Assembly (NCBI GenBank): GCA_047495785.1
Contig: JBLDXI010000013.1
Span: 1,736,001 to 1,800,000 of the forward strand
Direction of reading: 5' to 3'
DNA length: 64,000 bases
DNA from: Lepidodermella squamata
Taxonomy: Eukaryota; Animalia; Gastrotricha
Numbering within the stretch: position 1 is the first letter of the stretch; each line of letters opens with the position of its first letter. The notes under the pieces are model-generated. The model ran no database searches. It saw nothing but the letters and a program-made list of their open reading frames with translations, and was not told the DNA's origin. Positions 26,301 to 37,200 of the stretch are shown here, one piece after another. A program made the position numbers and the translations under genes.

Positions 26301-28565
26301 ATAATGAATGGGGGTGAAAGGCGTTTTGACAGCCCGACGAAAATTAATCAGACTGGAAGAGGCTGCTATAAAGTATAAGATGCGCTTGCGGTTTCGCGTT
26401 GTTGTTGTTTCCGTTTGGCCGCCTGGCTTGGCCGTAGTATGATCGGCTCGCTCGTATCAATCGCACCTGACATGCATCATTCGGCCTTCTTGTTGCGCGC
26501 GCGCGCGTATCGGCTACTTTTCTCGCGCAACTTCTCTCGCAATCTACAGCTGTTTTGTTATATCAGATTTGGCTTGCCTTGTTCTCTCCGACGGCGCCGC
26601 TGCATTTTATAGTGCCGATGTACCATACTAGGCCAAAACATGATACAGTTGAAATGGTCTGCTATAACAAACCAGATTGGTACTCCCACAACACGCGTGC
26701 TAGTTTTATTATTGTAAACCTACTTTCTTTTCATCGAAAAACCTCACAGATACACATGATGATGAGATCCGGTGTTTGGCTGAAGAGCGCACGCGTGCGT
26801 TCCCGCCTCGCATGTAACCGATGATGCTCTGCCCATCGGCCGCCCGCTTTGCAAACAACAAGAGCGCCCAAAATATATTGCAGTTAAGTTATAAGAGCCC
26901 GCAACAAGTATTTATTGTAAGTGTAGTATATGTGCGCGCGGAGGTAACGCTCATGCAGATTTAGCTAGAAACCTCCCAGCCATATTGATGCTGTCTGCGT
27001 TCATTTCAACACGCGTTATTTCTTATTAAAACGATATAGCTAGAGCAGCTTCCCATGGCCTAGATTTTTTGATTATTTTTACTTGGCTCAATTGTCCCAC
27101 TGATGTTTTGTATCACAAATTTAGGCTTAAAGAATTGTTCTCAATTTCGAAGTTTTTTCTTTATCAAAAATTGATATTATTTTGATCGTAAACGGCAGAT
27201 CGCTTCGTTGGGTGATCTTCACACGTTGACGATCCCGGAGTTTCGAACGCGCCACGATTGCGGCCTCTTCACAGCTAGAGCGGTCAACGCATTTGGCCAA
27301 GCTGTCACTTCGTCGCGCGTCAACGTTCCGCCTCCACCCGAAGCCCCACCAGCGGTTATCTACGAACCTCCGATTTTTGCCACCAGGCCGCCGCCTCAAC
27401 GACAAACTGTTCTGGTGAGATATCATTTTTCGATCGTTGTCTCATTTTTGCACGTTACAATTTAGATGCATTCTTCGGTTAATACGGAGGGCGAGACTAA
27501 GGAGGTTGCGGCAGTTCCGATGGGCCATCAAGAGCCGCCGGAATTCGTCGAATTATTCCATGATCAACGCGTTCAGCCGGGCGAGAAAGCCGTATTCAGA
27601 TGCGAGGTGATTGGCGACCCAGAACCTACCATCGAATGGATGAATGGCCACGAAGGTGCCGGTTACACAAACAAGCTGACACCCGATCACCCTCGTGTTA
27701 AATCGGGCGAAATTAAAGTCCACCGAGACGGTCACAAGCACTGGATAGAATTTTCCTCGGCGAGCGAAGCGCTTGCCGGTCGCTATTCGATAATGGCCGA
27801 AAACCCGATCGGTCGAGCGATTTGCAGCGCTTGCCTCTACGTCGGCCCGCCTGATCAAGTTTTACTGACCAGCTCAACGGGTGATTTGCGCAGCACTATG
27901 CACCGGAGCTTTCTTTCAGGCAGCGAGCAGGTGGTTGAAATTTCCGAACATACCTCAATGGAGCATACCACGGCGCCGGTCAGTCCCGGTGGGACCGACT
28001 ACGTGCTGTGGCTGCAGTTGCCACATGACCAGCGCGCTAAGATGATGATGCCGTCGCCGCGCGGAGGTGCCACTGATGTTTACGAGAAGCGTATTCATGT
28101 CGAGCAATCGATGACACAGTCGGCTCAACAGACCTTTCACACTGTACCTCAGGCGCCTGCTGCCCCGCCGCCAACGCCGCCGAAGCCCAGCAAGCGCGAC
28201 CCTCCTCTTTTCTCAACTCCGCTTAAAGATGTCTCACTCAAAGTGGGACAAGAGCTGATTTTGACTATTGAAGTCAAAGGTAATTTCCGTTTTTATTTCT
28301 CTTCAGTTCTCGTCTTAACTTTTCCTACTTTTTAGGCAATCCTATTCCTGACATTTTCTGGTACAAAGATTCCATTCCGTTGCCCGCTGAGATGACCGGT
28401 TTAAGGTCACCTCGAGCCGGGCCAGCTAAAAACGGCCATGCCGAACTTCGAATCCGATCTTGCCGAGCTAGCGATGCCGGCGAATATGTTTGCAAGGCGC
28501 GAAATGCGGCTGGAACGGCTACGTCGAGCTGCCACGTGAAAGTTGCCGGTATGTTTTTTAACTAG
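20369..28565 (+). CDS. CCDC141: CCDC141/Zormin-like module (N-terminal CCDC141-type domain, spectrin-like repeats, 7 I-set Ig); either a separate ~2054-aa product or the 5' part of the titin transcript
   Basis: Exons 20369-20518, 20585-20896, 21382-24476, 24568-25715, 25984-26183, 27199-27414, 27466-28279, 28336-28548 (donor) or on to the stop at 28565. The N-terminus TISTVTIQAGTAKFALAILK|NGIWVRVRVQEWRPDFADVG...DHEELM matches my recollection of human CCDC141 ([40 protein letters not shown]...DHELL). Helical repeats with W.. and ..R...L spectrin signatures follow, then PxF...W.KD...D.G.Y.C.A.N Ig domains. Confidence 0.8.
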
Positions 28566-28590
28566 GCCTAACAACATTTTCGCCGACGTA

Positions 28591-28605
28591 AATAAAGTAA
28601 ATAAA
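28591..28605 (+). terminator. Tandem AATAAA poly(A) signals after the CCDC141/Zormin module read-through stop
   Basis: aataaagtaaataaa about 25 nt after the TAG at 28565. Use as a poly(A) site is inferred, not shown. Confidence 0.45.
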
Positions 28606-30875
28606 CAAGCTCAACTTAAGGCTATATTACGCCTATGGGTAATAACTGATCGGCCGATTTTTTTTCTCGCTATATTTTGTTTACAAGCTCCGTAATGATT
28701 ATGAAGCCATAGCTGAGCAATGATGCCATAGGATGAATAACCGGGTATAACTAAATACCGAACTTGCCTGCTAAGCCCTTGATGGCGCAAGAGTCCTCTT
28801 ACAGACTCTTAGCATTATTTGATATGCCGTACATGCGTATGGAATTCGGTTTCGAATGCGTTGCATTTTTTTCGATGGCAAACGTCAGCGACCCTTCGAC
28901 CAGTGCTCAGCCGCAGTCGAATAAAAAAGCCGTTGCACAACAGGAAAACAATAGGGGCGAATGAGTAGCGCATTTTTTGCACATTCTTGAACGATGTGCT
29001 GTAATGTTTTCTCGTTCCGGGTGAAACTAGTCTATTAAGGCCTCGGGACGCGGAAGGAGGCACAAAACAATAACGCTGACATGGCCTATGCATATTAGCA
29101 GCGCAGACCCGTAGTGCCCACACGCCACCTTTCAAACATGTTACCTGGTGGGTCGTTTTTTTCCTTCCACGGCAATAGTAAATAGAGCCGGTTCGGCGTT
29201 CGCGAGATATCAACATATAATGGCATATTTTAATACAAAATAGCCAGTGAATGCGGCATAGATATTTCCACGCGGTGTCGAGTTATTTTCCGTTCATTTC
29301 TTAAATGCATCATTATTGTACGATGATTATTATGCCGAGCATAGTGTTAAAGGTCTAGCCTGCTGCTGCTGCTGTCTGGTATTAACGGTGTGTGGAGGCG
29401 GTTATAGGCCGATTTTTATTGTGAAATATTGTAGTAATAACGCATTAATATTGTAAAAATATCCGCAATGTTTATTTGGACGCCGGCGACTGTAATATAT
29501 GAAAAAGAGCGAACGCTCCCGTTATATCTTTTCCGTCTTATAAGTATACCATTCGTCGGCCACTGCAGCGCGCGCGAATGGCCGGGCGTGTGTTAACGCG
29601 CACATTTATACGAGTATCGCGGTTAGGTAGCATCATTTTGTTCCGCCGCTTCTTTTTGCTATCCTCGGCTGCCAATAAAGAATGGCCGGCGTGTGCGCGC
29701 CTAGCCTCAACACAAGGGTCGAATACGAAGATCGAGATGATGATGATGATGAGTCGCCTAACTCCTGCTTCCTTTTAGCATATATCACTGCTCACCCCTC
29801 GTGGCTAGTAATATGGCTATATTAACGCTTAACCTACAATCGTGTAGTGTTGTTCGACGTCTTTTACGCCGACACACGCGTTGTGCATGGTTTCGTTTCT
29901 TTTGGGCCTGTGCTTCCGGCTTTGCCCAATAATAAGCGAAATACGCGCATTATATTATTGAGAAAACGCGAGCAGTGTCTTCTAAGTTATATTTCTTTCG
30001 CCGGTTCGCAATACTATGCATTATCATATACCTGACTCTGCTTTTGTTTGCCAATGAGCTCTTCGTCCTGCGCGCCCCATTCGTCGGTCGGCTCAGCAGA
30101 AAGCAATTTTCTGCAGCTGCCTTAATATTACTACGACGTTGGACGAATTATTCACTGTATTATGATAATATCTCTTCAACACCCTCGTTGCACATGTTAA
30201 GGCAGCGTATAATAATAACAGTAATACCATATGCTATGCCGAATACCGCTCCAAGTTTATGCATACACACACCCGATTTGGTCTTTTTATCGCCGCTTCT
30301 TTCTATGGTTTCATCCTGCAATATTCATGATGCTAATAATAATAATAATATTTTTGCCATGTGTCGCCGTCGTCTACGTTTTCTTCTGGCGACGGCAGCC
30401 GACTTGCGTGCACATTTTGCTAGACAGGAGAGCTCCAGTGGGCATGACTGCGCGCCTCTGGCCAAGGACCAATTTACAGGACAGCGTTGACAGAGTGATC
30501 AAGGGCCGGCGGCTTGTCGCTGTACAACGCTCCTTGTAGTGTCACAGCTCACTAGCAACAACAAGCTTGATTTACCTATTTTATTATTTGCTCGCGAGTC
30601 ACTATCAACAATGGTCAACGATTAGGAGTAATTACAGGAATTAATTGCTCATGTCACGCTTACTTTGACACGCTCAGCTCTTGATCTGCGCTTTTGGCCT
30701 TGACTAATTGGGACATGTCTTTTTCACAACTCTTCCATTTTAGGGTCAGGTGTTCCCTGTTGATTTTTTTATTATAATTTGACGGCAACAAAACATACTG
30801 TTATTACTCTCCTCATACGCGTTTTTCGTTGTGGTATCAATCCACAGTCGATTTTGGTTTTTTAATTGTTAAAAA

Positions 30876-31254
30876 ATGGCCGGTCGGTTGCCGCCGCAGC
30901 AGCCACCTCACGGTCGAGGTGGCAGCTCGCCGCAGCGGGTGCCAACCCCCGGCCGCGTCCTCACACCGGGCGCGTCCGCCATCGTGCCTGTTCAGGCCGA
31001 CTATTCGGCATCGGCGGCTTATTCGCACACGGACAGTGGTGCTGTTGCGTTTCGAACCGACGAACAGGCCATAGCTCGTAACATCATCACCACCGTAACT
31101 TACGACGGTGTTTTCGAACATGTCACCAATCAGTACGAGCTTCTCAGCGAGTGGCGGCATCAGGAAGAAGGGGAACTTATTATTAGAATGCCGTCTCCTA
31201 GCGATGTCCTTTCCCATTCTACCCAAATACCTATGGTAGAATGGGGCATGTCAG
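30876..31254 (+). CDS. Candidate alternative first coding exon of the titin/kettin unit
   Basis: aaaaaATG with an in-frame TAA two codons upstream. Pro/Gly-rich N-terminus. Phase-1 donor G|gtgtga at 31254 fits the acceptor at 31340. Confidence 0.6.
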
Positions 31255-34200
31255 GTGTGAAAATTTCCCCGTTGATAAAAATTATAAATATAACTGTTTA
31301 TTTCAATTATAAAATTAATATTCGGTTTTTTTATTGCAGCTTCAGTCGACAAACCCGTCTTCCAAAGCCGACTCGATGTTGCCACTTGTGGAACAGTAGG
31401 CCAACGCGTCGTTTTAAGCGTTCGCATTACGGCTAACCCACCTCCGATTGTCACCTGGTACCACGAGACAATCAGGATCGAGCAATCGGAAGACTATCAA
31501 ATTTTAACCCAGGGTGATGTTTACACCCTGGTTATTCATCATTTACGCCAAGAACACGCCGGTCGTTATTTTATCCGCGCCGAAAATCATCACGGCAAAA
31601 GCGAGCTGTCGACCGAGTTGATGGTGCTGAGGCAGGAGGGCCCGCACGCCCCGCCTCAGGATCATCGAACAGTGCGCCAGGAGCAACATTTGAACCTCTT
31701 GCAACAGGTTGTCCCGCAGCAACCTCACGTTGAACAGCGTTACGCCACGCCGTTAGAGATTCAGATTGAAGTTCCGCCGGAACAGGGCGCACTCAGCCCG
31801 CGCGTTAAGCAACCTCGCTCCGGTCAAACGCCGACTCGCGGCATTGTCGAAGCTCGAGCTCCTCAGTTCATGCGCCCGTTACAGCCGGTTAGCGTGCTCG
31901 AGGGTCGCCCGGTCGTGTTAGAATGCGAAGTTGTTGGCAATCCGATGCCGAGTGTTCAGTGGTTCCGTGAGGAGATTTTGATCGAACGATCCGCTGATAT
32001 TGATATCACTCAGCACATGGGCGTCTGCCGTCTGATTATTCACGACGCGCGTATCGAAGATACTGGCGTTTTCAAATGCATCGCGTCCAACAGCGAGGGC
32101 TCCCGCACAAGCTCAACGCATTTGAGAGTACTGCGTAAGTCTTGCTTCATTTTTTTTACTTTTTTAACCATTTTTTAACCATTTTTTAAAAATGTGATAA
32201 TAGTTACATTTTATTTCTATTTTTCACAATTTTTTTTAGAAAAAATTATAGGATTATTGCATTTTTGAGGTGTTAACGTGAATATTTATTTTTAATTTAG
32301 CTGCAACATACGCGTCTCCTGAACGGCCAGAGCGTGTTAAGACGCCGTTGTTGGCTTCGCCGACGAAGGTCCGCAGCGATGACGGATCTACGCCGCCCGT
32401 GATAGACGAGCCGCCGCGGAACGCTACTTACCTGCGCGGATCGACCGTTGTTTTGACGTGCAAAGTTCGCGCACGCCCGCCCGCCGAAATTACTTGGCAG
32501 CGCGACGGGCGCGTGTTGACTACCGGTGGCCGTTACAAAGTCGACGTGTTCAGCGCTTACGGTGAGACTTCGCTGACCATCTACGACGCACGGCCCGAGG
32601 ACGAGGGCGAGTACGCCGTCGTCGCCCTGAACCCCTTCGGCCGAGCAGCCGCCAGCGCTCGCATTACCTGCGACGACCACCGCGCGACTCCACGCTCCGC
32701 CACGCCCAGCCACGAGCGGCCGTTGACGATTCGCCCACTCTCAACGCCGCCTGTCGCTCCGCAAAGGCCTCGCTACACACCGCAAGAATACGAGCCGTCT
32801 TACCCGCCCTCAGAGGCTCGCCAAACGCCCGCCTCCGAGCTTATGGACCAGTCCGAACCAGATTCGCCGCCGGACATCACGCAATATCCGCGCGGTGAAA
32901 TCATCATTCCGGCCGGTCGCGACCTCGTCCTGACTTGCGTCACCACCGGAAAACCTCGGCCCAAGGTTTTCTGGTGTAAGGACCTAAGCCAGTTGCACGC
33001 GTCCGAGCGGTGTCAGATGAAATCACGCCCAGATCAGACACACTCGTGCCGCCTGCAGAACATCCAGCCAGAAGACGCCGGCCAGTACACGATTATCGCG
33101 GTCAACCCGCTTGGCCGTAAGATGGAGACCTTCGAGGTCAAAGTTGACCTGCCCATCCAGCCACGCACCCCGACGCCTTCAGACGCTGGCTCCAGTCGGA
33201 TTCGCACCCCGACCGGCCGCCGGCCTCGATCGGCCTCGGAACACGCTGGTATTCTTGAAAAGTTATCACGACCCAGTTTCAAAACCGTCCCGATGGATAT
33301 GACGGTTCGCGAAGGACACTTGTGCCGTTTCGACACGTTCGTACAAGGTCGACCCCGCCCAGAAGTCGACTGGTACTACGCCGAGCCGGGACGGCCACTG
33401 CCCGATTTCGTCCGGATGAAGCCTGTTGTAAATGAAGACGGCGTTCACTCGCTGATCATCGAATCGACGGCGCGCTCAGACGCCGGAACTTACTACTGCT
33501 TTGCTCGCAACAAGGCAGGCGAGGACAGCTTCTGCGTTCGTCTCAACGTAACGCCTCGCGAAGAAGGCCGCCCGCCTCGTTTTGTCGAACCGCTGGCGAG
33601 CAAGATTGCTCAAGAAGGCGAAGACATTGAACTGCGCTGCGCCGCTGTCGGCGAACCCATTCCGGTTTTGGCGTGGCAGAAGGACAACAGGCCTCTGCTG
33701 AACCAGGACCGCGTGGTCGTCGAAGAAAACAACGGCGCCGGTCTCCTCGTCATCCAGTCCGCACAACCGGGTGACACCGGGTGGTACCAGTGCACGGCCG
33801 CGAACACGGCCGGCTCTGCCTCGACCCGTGCCAAGGTGACCGTACGTCCCCACGTCTCTCGTCGCGACATGCCGCCGGCTCGCGGTGCGGCAGCTCGCAA
33901 GCCCGAGAGCCCATCGCCGTCGCCGCGGCCGGCTGCCCCGACGGGCATTACGGTTATGCCGCGGCCTCAAAGCGCCCCTCCGGTGACACAGGGCCGACAG
34001 CGATTTTTCGTGCGTGGAACCCAGCCACCACCTCTTATCGAAGGCCAGCCATCAACTCCGCCGTCTTCGCCCAACGTCGGCGAAGTTTCAAGTCCAATTC
34101 AAAAGGAAGCACCTGACCTCATGTCCGCACAACAGCACGAGCCTGCGTAAGTTTTCGCTTATCAAATGCATGAAACAGCGGCTTTATTTCGCATGTTTTG

Positions 34201-37200
34201 CTTACTATTTAGTTATGAGCATCCTCGAGCTACAACTGAGGCTGAAATCGTTCTTACTGGACGGTTAGTTTTCGCTTAGCTTTCTTCAACTGATCTAAAC
34301 TATTCGAAAATTACTATTTTCTTCATTTTTTAGACAACCGCCGGAATATGAAATTGACGAAGCTGTCAGACGCGCTTACGCTATGCGCGGTATGCCAGAG
34401 CCAGCGCAAGACGAAATGTTCGCCGCTCACCGACAAGAGCCGCCGCGGTTTATTACGCCCCTTGTCGACGTTCTCGGCCTGACCGAACTCGAACCAGCTC
34501 ACTTCGAGTGCCGTCTCGTGCCGATTGGTGATCCTAACATGCAGCTGCAGTGGTTCCGTGATGGGAAACCGCTGTTCCACGCCACCCGCCTTAAGCCATC
34601 CTACGACTTTGGCTTTGTCGGGCTTGATTTTGACTGGACGTTTGCTGAAGATTCAGGCGTTTACACTGTTCGCGCCTGGAATCTTTACGGCGAGGCTGTG
34701 ACAAGCGCCCGACTTGAATGCCGGGCCACCAAGTCGCTTATTACCGATTCGCAGCTACCGATTGAGTTGAACCTCGGAACTGAGGGCATCGAGGAGTTGG
34801 AGCGCCAGCTTCAAACCCCGAGCCGGCCTCCTCCTTACATGAGAGAGGCGCCTCAGCCGACCCCGCCGTCCATTAACCAGGGCCCGGAGCCGCTCACCGT
34901 TCCGGAGGGCGACCCAGCTCGCTTCAGGTGCCAGGTCGTTGGTCACCCGCGACCTCGCGTCTGCTGGTTCTTGAACGGATCGCTTGTCGTTAACGGTTCA
35001 AGGTTCAAGGTCAGTTTCGATGGTGTCTTTCATACGCTGGAAATACCGAAAACTCGCGAGTACGACATCGGCGAGGTGAAAATCGTTGCTAAAAATCAGT
35101 ACGGCGAAGACTCCGCCGCCACAACTCTCGACGTCATCCCGATGGAGGACTGGAAGTCGAAGCTGCGGAAAACCGATCACAACTTGTACACACGTCGCGT
35201 CGAGACCATTTCACACGAGCTGAAACAAGTTTTCGTTCAGCGGCCGAAATTATCTGCGAAGGATGTTTGCCAACTCGATCACACCGGTGGCGTTCCGAAA
35301 GAGCCGAAACCACCGGCTCAAAAGCCGAAACTTCAACCCGTTGGACAGGCGCCTCGTCTAACTTCTCTGCCTCAGCCAGTCAAGGTGCGTGAGGGTGAGC
35401 CGGTTCGATTCGACGTCGAATTCACCGGCATCCCGGAGCCGCATGTTACCTGGTACAAAGAATCGATAGAAATTCACTCGTCGAAAGAGTTTCAAATCTC
35501 GATATCGCGTGGTAAGAGCAGTCTCTACATCCCTGAGGCGATGGTCGAAGATGAAGGAACTTACACGATCAGTGTTCGCAACGAACACGGCATCGCTCAG
35601 ACCAAAGTCAAGCTAACTGTTATTCAGCGTGAAGTCAGCATTTCAGTGACTTCCCCGCCGTCGTTTAAAACCTACCTTCGCGACGCTCGTGTCAAGGCCG
35701 GTGAGCCTGTTACCATTGACTGCATGGTAACCGGCGCTCCGAAACCGAACGTGGTGTGGCAAAAGGACGGAAAACCGCTGTCGGAATCGCAGCGCTGGCG
35801 TTTCATCGCGGACGGTGAAAATCATACGCTGCTCATCTTTGAAAGTGTCCTGGACGATGCTGGTCAATACTCTGCTATTGCTACGAACGAACACGGCCGA
35901 GTGGTTTCGACCATGATTCTGCACGTGGATGGTAATTTTCCTTTGATATTTCGAAAACATTTCACTTGATTTTGTTTCTGGATATAGCGGCACCAGCGAA
36001 ACCACCAAGCCCTGACGTTTCTCGCATGAGCGCACCCAAGCTGTTGCAACCGCCCAAAGACGTGACAGTCACTGAGGGCGAATCGGTCACCTTAACGTTT
36101 CACATCGGCGGCTTCCCTGATCCCATTATCAAATGGTATCACGAAACGCAGCTGATTAAACAATCCAAGTATTTCCGAATGTCGACGAATCTCGAGCGGA
36201 GTGAGTACACGCTCACGATCGCCGAGGCTTACCCCGAGGACCACGGCACGTACAAGTGCGTGGCTCGGAATAAGGCGGGCGAGATGACTGCAACTGTTCA
36301 TTTGTATGTCAACGCGCCGACTGCTACTCCGGTCGCTCCTCAGGAACCGCAACTGGAACCGCCGAAATTTATCAAACCGCCCAATGACGTCACCGCCAAA
36401 GAAGGCGAGGGCGCTATTTTCGAAGCCGTCGTTACCGGCCAACCGGCGCCTGAAGTCGTGTGGCTGCTCGACGGCAAGCCGATTCGCCCCAGTTACGACG
36501 TGATCATGCGTCGTGAGGGCTCAAAGTACACTCTGCAAATGTCTCGAGTTTTCCCTGAAGACTCTGGTCGCATCATGTGTCGTGCAATCAACAGCCGCGG
36601 ATTCGCCGAACAGTCGTGCCAGTTGAGCGTTGAAGGTAATAAACAGACTAACGGTAGCAAGAAGGTTAAACAGTTCCTGAAACACTAGTCCGCAATGACT
36701 GAAATTATTAGCATGCTTTATTAAAAAAAATGAATTATGAAGTGCAAACCTAGTCAAAATTTTATTCGATATTAAAACTGCATGCGGCTAGTGGTGATTA
36801 GCCATATAAAATCACTAAAAATCATGCTAATTGTTTAGTTATCGATTATTGATATTAATGATCATACCTAGCGCTTAACTGCTACCGATAACCAAACCCG
36901 CCAACATATTTTTCTCTTCTGTGTGCCAGCGTTTTGTTTCCCCGATATAGACCGTGTGCGTGTGTTTTGTTTTGCTTTTATCCCATTTTCTTACCTGATG
37001 ATTATCCGATTTATATTAAAAAACAACATACTGCTCAACGCCGGAACAAAATAAATGCTTGGTGTTGCTTTTTACCCGTGTGGATTTCAAATATCACAGT
37101 AATTTTGTGGTGATTAATTTGTTTTTATTGTTTTTCCTTTAGCAGGCGCATCTTAGTTACGTTTTGCCCGTGCTACTGATTCAATTTTTACCTGTAGAAA

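Noticed and set aside
28764-30539. ORFs between the CCDC141/Zormin module and the titin first exon as a nested gene
   Set aside because: Low-complexity, domain-less translations overlapping (GAT)n and (AAT)n runs; better explained as intron or promoter DNA.
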